Origin: Fonticula-like sp. SCN 57-25 | Lineage: Eukaryota | Assembly (NCBI GenBank): GCA_001724245.1 | Contig: MEDX01000010.1 | Span: forward strand, 1 to 64,000 | Length of the DNA: 64,000 nucleotides | Direction of reading: 5' to 3' | Shown: piece by piece, positions 1 through 12,720 of the stretch | Position numbering within the stretch: the first letter of the stretch is position 1 | How the letters are laid out: each line of letters opens with the position of its first letter | Notes under the pieces: model-generated | Told to the model about the DNA's origin: nothing | The model's database searches: none | Seen by the model: only the letters and a program-made list of their open reading frames with translations | Position numbers and translations under genes: made by a program

Positions 1-225
1 GATGCACACAGTAATCATCATGATAAACAACATGGTACAGTATGGATACCATCAATGGCAGTCATCATCAACAACAGTCAACGCATGAATAACACTCATC
101 ATACAAGCAGCACCATACCCTCTTAACACATGCGCAGAGTAACATATCCTCATGAAAACATATCAAACAGCATAACAAACAACATATCAAACCATAACGT
201 ATTTCCCTTCTTTTCCAATGCACAC

Positions 226-1875
226 CTGCGACTGCTCCGCCACCGACATTCTCTCCGTCGCCGCCGCCGTCGCCGCCGCCTCGGCCGCATCCCGCATGTC
301 GCGCAGCTGCTCCAGCGCCTGCAGACGCGCCTCGGTGAGACCGCCGGGCAACATCGCGTCAAACTCGTCGGGGTTGAGCATGTCAACGTCCTCCATGTGC
401 TGAAGCAGAGCAGAGATCGCCGTCGCTTCAAAGGAGTCATTGACGGGAGCAGTTGTAGTAGTACTAGTTGTAGTAGTAGTTGTAGATGTGGGATTAGTGG
501 CAGTGGCGGAGGGAAGTGATGAGCCGCCACGTGGACCTGGGGTGGTGTCAGTATCGGGGCAGCAAGGGGTAGGAAACGGTTAAAATGGATAGGAAAAGCA
601 AAAAAGGCGGGAAAAGAAGGGAAAAAAGAAGACAAACGATACGAAAGAAAACAGAAATCAAAACATAATAAAAACACCTAAAGAACGCACCAAACATGAC
701 GTATTCGAATGAGACGATGTTGAGGACGCGCTCGATAAACACCTCGTCGTCCAATAACAATGCTAAGCGACACAGTCAGCAAAATAACGTCCGCGTGGAC
801 AAGTATGTACCGTGGTTATAGTCGACCGCGCGCGTCTCTGGGCGCCAGAGTGGCCGCTCGGCGTCCTTTGCCCACTCGAACGCTATTGGCTCGCTTAGTA
901 ATTTTTACCCAATCAGAGCGTGCGCACATATGCCGCGGGTGCCCTTGTCGTACACGCAGCTCACCAGGATGCAGACAAACCACTGGAAAGAGTTTTCCTT
1001 GAGGCGGCGCACCATGCCGGGCAAATTAGCTGGAATCAGTCATAAAATCAGACAAATCAGAGCATGAAGAGGATGCGCCGTACGGATCTTGCGCAGGTCA
1101 AAGTGCGACTCCATCGAGCCGAGGACATCTTCCAGGAAAAAGGCCGACGTTTCAACTACTTCCCATTCGAAAAAGGAAAAGAGCGCAACTACGAAATCAT
1201 CGTCTGCGCAGAGGATTGTATGCACATTGGCCGCCTGGCGGGCATCGGGATCAGCAAACACGGCAGGAGAAGCAAGGATAACAAAAGAGCCACAAGCAGC
1301 AAAAGCACACCAATAGCAAAGTAAAGCAATATGACTGTCATTGGCCACGGTCACAACCGTCATGGCCAGCTAAAACTACACTGCACGATGCGGCGTACGT
1401 GATGGTGTAGATCTCGCAAGACGGTCAGCGCCCGCTCCAGCATTGTAACCTCACCTGAAATCGCCTTTGCGCGCCCTCTCTTGGCATAGCGCACCAACAG
1501 CCTGGCCGTGATCGTTGCGAGCCCGGCGTCGACCAGCATCCACATGGTGTCCGGCTCCATGGTCATCGCCAGCATGTCGTACATGGTGTACAGTTTCGGG
1601 GCGAGCGTTGACAAATCCCGATCAAAGTCAAGCCCTATACGAACAAAAGCAAGGGTATCAACCACGTCTTGTATAGAGTGCGTCATCTTCTTGTAGCGAG
1701 TCGGCAGCGGGTCCTTGACTCCCGCGATGCCCTGCTCGCGACGCGCCAGCCGCGCTGTCACCGAGCATGGCGCGGGGCGGCAGGAGGTAGGGGGATCGTC
1801 AAACAAATTTACAGGCGGGAGATCGTCTGTCGGGATGCGCGTGGGGTAGCCAAACAACTGACGCAGCCGATTCAT
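226..1875 (-). CDS. TRPC4AP: TRPC4AP/TRUSS-like protein, 5' part (multi-exon; continues off the left edge through an intron at 1-225)
   Basis: Manual splicing across GT-AG introns gives ...FFLEDVLGSMESHFDLRKIPNLPGMVRRLKENSFQWFVCILVSCVYDK...AVDYNHALLLDDEVFIERVLNIV. This follows the TRPC4AP pattern as I recall it (LIEDILG...IRLDEVPNL...FCRILAV...EINQAALL..PGFVERL). A Thr-rich exon lies at about 450-520. Confidence 0.7.
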
Positions 1876-2263
1876 GGCTGCCTCTGCTGCTGCGACCGGA
1901 TCGCCGCCGACCGGCCGACGACGGTGACAAGGATTGCGGCCACGTGGATATCAATCTCGATTCAAGTAAGGTGCAAAACAATCTTTGAGTGACTGTCTTG
2001 TGACATGTGATAGGCCTCTGCAGTGCTCATATTTATGGCTATGCAGCCCACACGTACGCTCCAATCTTTAAGCGTGTATTTCACATGATATTTGATGGTC
2101 CATAATTATGGACAATTAATAGTCAACGTCGTCTGTTCCATATCAGTGGCAATCCAACTATATTGGTTTGAAAACAAAAACTATCAAGCACACATACTAA
2201 ATAAGCGATATGCGCTACTAAACACAAACAACGAGAGCCTATCTGTTTCACGCTCGATCGCGC

Positions 2264-5115
2264 CTACAGCGGCACATTCTTGAGGTAGTTGATAAACATC
2301 AACATGCGGCCGTCCACATTATCGGACGACATGAGCGTGTCGGACCACTACCAAACAAACATGTCAGAAAAGATAAAAATCAGTGGCAATGTACGTACGC
2401 TCGACCACATGTCGGGGTCAAAGACGCCGCTGTGCGGGATGCAGAAGGACCCGATATTGTCCGAAGCCGGCGGCGAGTCCTTGTAAATGCCGCCGAACAC
2501 CGAGTGCGCAAAGGAAGTGACAGTGGTCCAGAAGGAAGTCGGGCCGCTGCAGCGCTGATCATAGTCAGAGCTGCGCTGGTCAAACGGAACATTGTAGCAG
2601 ACGTTGGACTTGTCAATGTTGTCGGTCGAAAAGTAATAGTCGAACCAGTCGTCGGCTAAAGATCGATCGTAAGCATTCGTGCTAAAAACAGTGGAAAACA
2701 GTGGAAAATAGGTGCAAAACAGTGGATAGACAGCATAAAACAATGGAAAATGGTCACAAAAGTCGCAAGAAGGCGTACCGGCCATGTTGGTAAGAAGGTG
2801 CTCGTCCAGGAGGGCAATGACGTTGTTGCACGACATGCGACCATACTTCGTCGTGGGGCAATCCAGATTCTATACAGCCATCAAATGAGCATTTAAAACC
2901 AATGCAAATGCCAGAATAACGCACCGTCGAGCACGGCTTGAACCCGCCAAAGAACGATGTGCAGTCCGCGCCGAGGCAGTCGACCGTACCAATCGGAAGT
3001 GACGACGTGCTGTTCTCGCAGGCAACGCAGCCACCGCGCGCCTCAATTGTAAGACGGATGCGCAGGTCCATCTGCATCACACTGTCAAGGCCTGTTTATC
3101 GGTCAGTACAGTTAATAAAAACAGTCGTGAACGTACCCGTCCAGTCAACCGCGATGATGCCATTGTCAAGGTACTGGTAAAACGAAAACGAGTCGGGCAA
3201 GTTCTTCAGGCAAAATAAACAGTCAGCAATCACAATATTACGATGCGCTCGTTGATGTATGACGTACCATGACAGTATCCTTGATATAACGGTACAGGAT
3301 GTAGCGGTAGTCTGCATAGTCGGGGAAGGTCGCATACGCATACTCAAACAACGAGTACGCGTCAAATTGAAGACTATAATTTTACATGAGTGGTGAATGC
3401 GATATTAAGAAAGAGCGGCGTACAGGTGAAGCAGCGGCGAAATGACGCCAAAGCGCGCGCGGAACGCCTCCAAAAGAAGCTCAGGGCTCGTCTCGCATTT
3501 CTGCAAAAATCGGTCAGCCAACTGCATGTACAAAAACAGTCAAATGTACCGTTGCACGGAAGAGAAGGTCTTCTATAAACTCGATGAACGGTACTGCAGC
3601 TTCGATGCCGATGTACTGCTGCAGGCCAAACAAGTTGATCATGAGGCGGCCGTCAACGTCCAGCTCGGCCAGACGAGTAGCAGGTGGCACGGCGCGCTGC
3701 TCCGGCGGCTGAGCCAGGCGTGCCCTGATGTCCTCGCCGCTGTCGAGGATGCCGTCCCACGATAACAGCGCCGTCTGGTTCAGCGTGTACCGGCGCGGGG
3801 TATACGACCCGTACTCTGGGTAGTCCGCGGGCTGCCAGCACTGAAGAGTACCGCTATAGTTGCGCGACACCTGCCAGTGCGAGCCAGTGAACTCTTCCAG
3901 ATACCCATTGCCTGCATAGGGGCATTTATCAGAACGATGGGTTACACGAGCAGACGTCGGACGCACCGACGTTGGCAAGCTCCTCGAGGCCGCAAATCTG
4001 AAGGATGTCCTGGTTGAAGGGGCTTTCAAAGAGGTTCTTGTTGACATACGTCATCAAGGCGGAGAAGAGGTCGTTGGCCGGCGTGCGGGGAGAGGAGGCC
4101 CCGCTCTCCTGGTAGCAGCCCGGCGCGACTGTCTGGTAGTAGTCGAAAATGTCATACGACTGTTATACATGCGTGAAAGATGCACAAAAAATAAGCCTTC
4201 AAAAGAACTTGCAAATACCATTTCGTACGCGGAGCGCGTCAAAGACGTCCGAAGGAAAGTCGGGGTTGGACGTGTTCAAGTAGTCGGAACACGTCATACC
4301 CGATGCGCAGTACGAATTCTTGCAGAACGAAGCAAGGTCGCGACAGCCCGGCCCGTCGCAGTCAAGGCTGAAAGCGGGCTTCCAGGGCAGCTCGACATCT
4401 TCGCAGCGGCGGATCGAGACACGCAGATCAAGGTGGAGGTCTTGAAGCGGCATCGTCATGAGGCACGTCCCGTCCTCCAGCCACGACTGCAGCGTGCAGG
4501 TCGCTGTGTATCAACAGCACGCGTTAATAAAAGGGTGATGCAGAGCCAAACGCGACGCACAAGGAAAGTTGGCGCTGAAGATGTCGAGCATGTAAAAGTC
4601 GCGAGGAAATGAACGCGTCTGGCAATTGTTGGAGCTCGGGCGGCGGGGGTTGGCATCAAGCAAGTTGAGCAAAGCGGTGAACGGGTCTGCGCTCAGCATG
4701 ATCTCTAAACAGACAATTGGTAAGGAAGTGGTTACGAGGGCAGGTTTCTGCGCACGTTCGTCGTCAACGCTACCGCACTCGCACTCGACGCGCTCGCGAA
4801 GCATCTCTGGTGCACGGTGAGATTAGCAGAATCCATAACCATACGAAGGGCGCATACCGACAAGGGTCTCCAAAGCTCTATCCGCAACGGTCGCACCGGA
4901 CGTGCTCACGCGAATCATGGGGTCATTCGGCTAATGGAGGGTGCACATTGAAAACACGGGGGACGGGGTGAGCAAGCACTCAGCAAGATCATAACGATGC
5001 GCACAAAAATGACAAAGTCACCATTGCACTGGTGGGAAATGAACGTGGTCCAACCGTCCCACGCGTGCGCGCTGGCCAGAAGGAGCGCAAGCAGCGCAAC
5101 AGTCTGAAGCCGCAT
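2264..5115 (-). CDS. Secreted cysteine-rich protein of unknown family, tandem copy A (intact, many short introns)
   Basis: ATG at 5115 gives the signal peptide MRLQTVALLALLLASAHA. All exons could be joined in frame with GT-AG introns down to ...NYLKNVPL-TAG at 2264. The exons are paralogous to 5491-8289. Confidence 0.85.
2684..2762. repeat. Degenerate ~10-nt tandem repeat (AAAACAGTGG-like) inside an intron of copy A
   Basis: aaaacagtgg aaaacagtgg aaaataggtg caaaacagtgg atagacagc ataaaacaatgg aaaatggtc. It lengthens this intron relative to the equivalent intron of copy B. Confidence 0.6.
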
Positions 5116-5490
5116 CGTCTTCCGAGGCTCGCGGGGGCAGGCAAAGTTTGCAGTGTGCCAACATGAATCAAAAATTACCTCTTTTGGATGAGCGCGCCAT
5201 ATATGGACAATGACCGATTGATAAGGGAGTTTTTCAGATCGATAGCAATCAGTCGGTTTGCGGTTGTGCAAAGTGTCTATGTGGAATACACAAGGGCAAC
5301 ACCGGCCACAAATTATCGCAAACGGCTCTTAAAAAATAATGCTTCCACCTGCCTTCTTTTCGGTCGCATGTGTATCCGAATCTTTGCAATTCCAACTGAT
5401 ATTGGTTGAGCGCACGCACTCATGCTAGATAATTATCCAATAAGCGCCATTAAACCCATACATCAATTGGCTATCAGCGCTCGCTCGAGC

Positions 5491-8289
5491 CTACAGCGGC
5501 ACATTCTTGAGGTAGTTGATTTTCACCAACATGCGGCCGTCCACATAGTCGGACGACGCGAGCGTGCTAGACCACTACCAGACGCACACAAACATGTCAG
5601 TAACGATAAATAATTATCAGTGGCAATGTGCGTACGCTCGACCACATTTGGGAGTCAAAGATGGCATCGTGCGGGATGCAGAATGACCCGACATTGTTGG
5701 CGGCCGGCGGGGAGTCCTTGTAAATGCCGCCGAGCACCTTGTGCGCAAAGGAAGTGACAGTGTTCCAGAACGAAGTCGGGCCGCTGCAGCGCTGGTCGTA
5801 GTCCGAACTGCGCTGATCAAATGGAACATTGTAGCAGATATTGGTCTTGTCGATGTTGTCGGTCGAAAAGTAATAGTCGAACCAGTCATCGGCTGAGCAT
5901 ATGAGCAAAAACGTGTTAGGTAAATGTTGCAAAACAGTGTCAAAAAAGGTATAAAAAGACATACCGCGCATATCGGTCAGAAGGAACTCGTCCAAGAGGT
6001 CAAAGACGTTGTTGCACGACATCCGCCCGTACTTTGTCGTGGGGCACTCCGAGTCCTTTGTGATCAATGAATGAGTATTGAACGGCACGTGCATGTTATG
6101 GAAACGCGCTGCGCACCGACGAGCACGGCTTGAACCCGCCAAAGAACGACGTGCAGTCCGCGCCGAGACAGTCCACCTTCATAATCGGGAGTGATGACGT
6201 GCTGTTCTCGCAGGCAACGCAGCCGCCGCGCGCCTCAAACATGAGGCGAAGGCGCAGGTCCATTTGCATCACGCTGTCAAGGCCTGAAGAGCACAATAAA
6301 CGCGTCAGCACAGTGAAATATATATGCTTTACTCACCCGTCCAATCGACCGCAATGACGCCGTTTTCGAGGTACTGGAAAAAGGAGAACGAGTCGGGGAA
6401 GTTCTAAAGGCCATATAAACCGTTAGCAATCATTGTGTAGCGCTTTTGCTACGCACCATCACCATGTCCTTGACATATCGGTAGAAGAGGGTGCGGTAAT
6501 CCTCGTAGTAGGGGAAAGTTGCATACGCGTAATCCACGAGCGAGTACGCGTCAAACTGGAGACTGCAGGTGTACTACTATTAGTGTTTTGATCAATGTGA
6601 TAAGAGAGCGTGCAGCGCACAGGTGCAACAGCGGCGAAATGACGCCAAAACGGGCGCGGAACGCCTCCAAAAGAAGAGGAGGGCTTGTCTCGCATTTCTA
6701 TGCATTGCAAACGGTTAGCGGCATGCAAACAACATAATAAGGAAAACTATTCGTACCGTTGCGCGGAAAAGGACGTCCTCGACAAACTCAATGAACGGCA
6801 CAGCTGCCTCGATACCGATGTACTGCTGGAAACCAAACACGTTGATCATGAGGCGGCCGTCAACGTCCAGCTCAACCAGGCGCGTCGCCGGCGGCACCGC
6901 GCGCTGTTCGGGGGGCTGCGACAGACGCTTCCTAATGTCCTCGCCGCTGTCAAGGATGCCGTCCCACGAGCGCAGCGCCGTCTGGTTCAGCGTGTACCGG
7001 CGCGGCGTGTACGACCCGTACTCGGGGTAGTCCGCGGGCTGCCAGCACTGGAGCGTACCGCTGTAGTTGCGCGACACCTGCCAGTGCGAGCCAGTAAATT
7101 CTTCCAGGAACCCATTGCCTGCATAGGGGGAGCGGTAAGGGACGTAGATCAATGACAAAAGCAACGTACCGACGTTGGAGAGCTCCTTGAGGCCGCACAT
7201 TTGCATAATGTCCTGGTTGTTGGGGTTCTCAAACAGGTTGTTGTTGATGTATGTCATCAGGGCAGAGAAAAGGTCGTTAGCCGGCGTGCGCGGGGAATAG
7301 GCCCCGCTCTCCTGATAGCAGCCCGGCGCCACTGTCTGGTAGTAGTCGAAAATGGAATAGTACTACCATTTTTGCACAAAAGATAAGCATTCAAAGTGAT
7401 TAAAATGGAATTGCGCACACGAAGCGTGTCAAACACGTCTGTGGGAAAGTCGGGGTTGGACGTGTTGTAGTAGTCGGTGCACGACATGCCCGACTCGCAG
7501 TGCGTATGCTTGCAGAACGAAGCAAGGTCGCGGCAGCCGGGCCCGTCGCAGTCAAGGCTGAAAGCGGGAATGTGCGGCGTCTTCCAGGGCAGCTCGACAT
7601 CTTCGCAGCGGCGGATCGTAAAGCGGCATCGTCATGAGGCACGTTCCGTCCTCCAGCCACGACTGCAGCGTGCACGTCGCTGTGTATTCAACAGCACGCG
7701 TTAACAACAGGGTGATACAAAGCCAAACGCGACGCACAAGGAAAGTTAGCGCTCAGGATGTCGAGCATGTAAAAGTCGCGGGGGAAGGAACGCTTCTGGC
7801 AGCTGTTGGAGCTCGGGCGGCGGGGGTTTGCATCGATCAAGTTGAGCATGGCGGTGAACGGGTCCGCACTCAGCATGATCTCTAGCATGATAAGAGTTGT
7901 AAGGGCTTGGTTAAGATGGAAAGCACGATTATTGCGTACGCTCTTCGTCAATGCTACCACACTCGCACTCGACGCGCTCGCGAAGCATCTCTGGGGCACG
8001 GTGAAAATTCGATAACCATACGAACGGTGCATACCAACGAGGGTCTCCAAAGCCCTATCCACAACGGTCGCGCCGGACGTGCTCACGCGAATCATGGGGT
8101 CATTCGGCTAATGGAGGGTGCACATTGAAAGCACGGGGTGAGCAAACACTTACACTTTAGACCAAGCGCGATGCGCACAAAAATGACAAAGTCGCCGTTG
8201 CACTGGTGGGAAATGAACGTGGTCCAACCGTCCCACGCATGCGCGCTGGCCAGAAGGACCGCGAGCAGCGCCGCAGTCTGAAGCCGCAT
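5491..8289 (-). pseudogene. Tandem copy B of the secreted Cys-rich gene, frameshifted
   Basis: Same exon/intron layout as copy A. At 7619-7620, 2 nt (ta) replace the 28 nt present in copy A (agacacgcagatcaaggtggaggtcttg). A nearby +12 nt indel does not restore the frame, and a premature TGA follows at 7552-7554. Downstream exons remain open. Confidence 0.7.
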
Positions 8290-8761
8290 CGTCTTCCGAG
8301 CCTTGCAGGAGCAGGGGGGGAGACTGGGGAGAGGCAGACAGGCAGACTTTGCAACAGGAAAGTGAGGCAACGTGGTGCAAACTTGCCAACTAAACGACGG
8401 GATTTCCTTTTTTGGAAGATGTTCAGAAACTATCCCAAATATGGGCAATCTCTAATCGAAAAGGGAATTTTGCATTTTCTGATAGGGCACAGAGGAAGAA
8501 AAGGTAAAGACGTTAGGGTCGGTGCACAAAGAGTGCGTGACGCCTCGAATCAAGACAAAAAAAAAAGCCATTCAGAGCAAAATGGGTACAAAAGGCAAAC
8601 GAACAAGGCGCGGAAAGAGAAGCCCGACGAACGGGACAGCGAGTCGCTATTAACACTCCAAAGATACTATTCAGTAAATCCAATATCGCCTCGCCGATTC
8701 TGCTTCTCCTACACGCCCACTGCTCCCGAGGGAGCATCCCTGGAGGCCCAAATCAGCGCTT

Positions 8762-9860
<1,099 letters not shown>

Positions 9861-10069
9861 TCTACCAAAAAACAAGCGCAGGTCAGCCTCTTATGTACGC
9901 GACGCGAAGCGGCAACTTTGCTAACCGCGATGACGCACTCTGCGACTCGAATAGTCCACAGTCAGGGCACCGACAGCAAACACTTGAGCAGAGAAAGGAT
10001 TGTTCAGATGAACGGTTTGGTCGGGCTGAAACCGACAAGGTGACGAATCTGTCCACGTGGTCGTGAACG

Positions 10070-10948
10070 ATGGCGGACGATGCGGCCAAGGCGGCGGCGG
10101 CGGCTGCCAAAGCAGCGTCGCAGCTCGAAAAGGAGGCGGCGGCAGCCGAAGCACGTCGCACCTACACCCCGCTTGTTTTGAAGGAGGCGTATTTTCTTGA
10201 TCAGGACAATGTTACAGAGTTTGATTCCGACGTATCCCGGACGGATCGCGTGTCGTTTGGCGACCTCAAGGCGCGCGTGGACTATGCGTTCCTTGTGAAC
10301 GATCACGCGCGCGTCATCTCTCTCGTTGATTCGTGGGTTGCCTCCTCGCGTCCCTCTGGTGCGACGCTCCGCGACATGTCCGAGGCCGCGTGCCGCTCCT
10401 CCTTCAAGCTCGGCCGCCACGCCGACGCCCTGCGGTACCTCGATCTCGGTGGTGCACGCCTATCGACGCACCCCTCGCAGCTGCTGCGCGTGCGTATCCT
10501 CCGCGCGCTCGGCCGTCACCTTGACGCGTTCGATGCGCTGCGCGGCTTTTTGGAAGGCGAGCCGCTGCACGTGGTCGGGTGGACGATGATGGGCGACCTG
10601 ATCCACGAGGAAGCGCCCCACGTGGGGGCGCTGGCGTCGTTCTGCTGGTCGTCGGCGGTGGTGTACGCGCTGTACCAGAAGCGCGACCTTGACGCTACGG
10701 CTATGGGGCGGCGCAGGAGCGAACGCGACGAGGCGGTGCTCGAGCGGCGGCTGGCGGCGCTGCCCGAGGAAGGCCGGCGGCTGACGACGGGCGAGCAGGT
10801 GCGCGCGTACGCGGCAGAGGTGGCCGACGCGGGCGAGTGGCGGGCGGCGCTTGCTTGGTTTGCGACGCTGAACGTCATGTCGGCGGAGGAAATGGCGGCC
10901 ATGAGGGCCAAGGAGGCCAAGGAGATCATGTTCAAGGCGGAGAACTGA
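10070..10948 (+). CDS. TPR-like helical protein, possibly C8orf76-like
   Basis: Single 292-aa ORF with coding-type codon bias. TPR-like motifs LGRHADAL and LGRHLDAFDAL...P...GW. RDMSEAACRSSFKLGRH resembles the C8orf76 pattern (from memory). Confidence 0.65.
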   Translation: MADDAAKAAAAAAKAASQLEKEAAAAEARRTYTPLVLKEAYFLDQDNVTEFDSDVSRTDRVSFGDLKARVDYAFLVNDHARVISLVDSWVASSRPSGATLRDMSEAACRSSFKLGRHADALRYLDLGGARLSTHPSQLLRVRILRALGRHLDAFDALRGFLEGEPLHVVGWTMMGDLIHEEAPHVGALASFCWSSAVVYALYQKRDLDATAMGRRRSERDEAVLERRLAALPEEGRRLTTGEQVRAYAAEVADAGEWRAALAWFATLNVMSAEEMAAMRAKEAKEIMFKAEN

Positions 10949-11161
10949 GGCGAATTTCAGGAAGACCGAGACGCATAGACGGTTTTCGTGTACCAACAAG
11001 TATTGCTAGCAAATTGTATTATATGTGTGAATAGATTATGCTGAACCGAGGAATGAAAGGCAATGATGCAGAAACTGATAATCTTGCCCCATTATAGCTT
11101 TACCCACAATGTCTCCCCCCGTGCACAGCCGCGAAATAAGCACAAATAACAATTATTTTAT

Positions 11162-12487
11162 TTAAACAGACGAACTGAGCGCGACGCGGTACTTTTCGAG
11201 CGTGTCCTCAAACAGACCCTGGAGCTTTTCATAGTACTCTTCCGCGCTCTGCTTCTTGACGACATCGAGCTCGTCCTCGTTCTCTTTGAGGAGACGCTGC
11301 TTGACAGCGAGCCTGTACTCGCGCACGCGCGCCTTATCGCCCGCCGAGATACCCTTGAGCGCCGCAATCTCGCCGACGCGCACCGCCTGCCGCTTGCTCA
11401 GCTTGAGCTCGCGGCAGACGCGCTCGACCGCCTCCTTGGGCGACTTTGCCACCGCGGCCGACAGAGACGCGTTCGACGCCAGCGCGCGGTAGTCGCACGC
11501 GTCGCGCAGCGCCTGGAAGACGTCCGCGGGGTCCTCGACGGTCACGTCAATGACGTCGGGCCGCGACCGAAGCAGCGACATTATCGAATCGTAAAACTTG
11601 GCTGCGAGAATGGGTCAGAAAAGCGCAGGAAACCAGCAAGAAAACGCACCGCCAAGCCGCTGGCGCTGATACGGCGGGAAAATAATAAACTGACTATGGG
11701 AAAGGTAAGCCACATGGTTGGGGAAAAGGGCGCGTACGAGATGCGGAAGCGGATCTTGTCGGGGTGGTGGTAGAACGCGTACGTCGTGCAGTAGCCGACG
11801 GTCGCGAGCGACTTTTCGCCGTTGGAGACCGTCCGGCGCACCCTTTTCGCCGCTGTTAGCGCATATTATTTATAAAAATGCAACGAAAAGACGCACAAAT
11901 AGAAAATTTCCCAGCGCGGGTCGACGTCGAGGAGCCGCGCGCCGTCAATGTAGAAAACCGAGAGGACCTGAGCGCGGTCGTGGAAGGGGCGCGCATCGGC
12001 CAGTGCGGCCTCGCCCTCAACCTTGTACACAAGGTATGTCTCGCCGCTCTCGCCTGACGGAGCCGCAAACTCGCCGACCTGCTCGCCCGGCGGCGTCCAG
12101 GATTCGGCGTCGCTGTCGACGGCGCGCAGGTACGAGTCGAGATCGCGCGTAGCGACGCCCTCGGGGTACCACTCCTTGAGCTTGCCAACAACGTCCGTCG
12201 CCGTCGAGTGCTGCTTCGAGTCGCTCTCAAACATGATAAAGGGGCGGAGCGAGCCGGCCGCAAAGAACAGATCAACGCGCGGGTTCACATGCCCGCGGAT
12301 CGTCTCCTCGGGCTCATCGTCAAACACCTGATGCAGATACTCGGCGGGATACGTCGGCGATCGCTCCCAATCGGTACCCTTTGACACTGGAAGCAGTACG
12401 TCAGAACCGCCACGTATGCACAAAGTAAGACGCACGAAAGCGCAGCTGCACAGCCTCGCCCGCAGGCACCTCAACAGGCCCGCCCAT
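11162..12487 (-). CDS. HAT1: Histone acetyltransferase type B catalytic subunit
   Basis: YLHQVF..EETIRG, FYIDGA, VGYCTTY, RFRISQFIIFPPYQRQRLG (GNAT motif A) and DVTVEDP...FQALRD. Spliced start MGGPVEVPAGEAVQLRF. Confidence 0.93.
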
Positions 12488-12720
12488 GATCGACCTGCAC
12501 ACACGAATGAAAAGCGCGCCAAATCAAACTGGCCAATCAGAAGCGAGGATCCTTGGCAGTGCGCGCCAAATCGAACAGATTTGAGCGTGAAATGACGAGA
12601 ATTATAATGGCACGATATGGCTACTGTATGCATGTTGTAAAGACGAGTGCATTCATAAAATGATAGTGTTACATGATAGGAAAACATGACATATTTCTAG
12701 TGCTTCTCCAATGCGACTGA

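Noticed and set aside
1-225. Several ATGATGA (box C-like) motifs on the minus strand in a long TRPC4AP-like intron
   Set aside because: No CTGA box D follows within the window, no rRNA complement was recognised, and the sequence is TG-rich low complexity and truncated by the edge.
1342-1368. Small hairpin GGCCA(tg)ACGGT-tgtg-ACCGTGGCC (minus strand) in a 161-nt intron
   Set aside because: It is short, has no snoRNA boxes and is compatible with chance.
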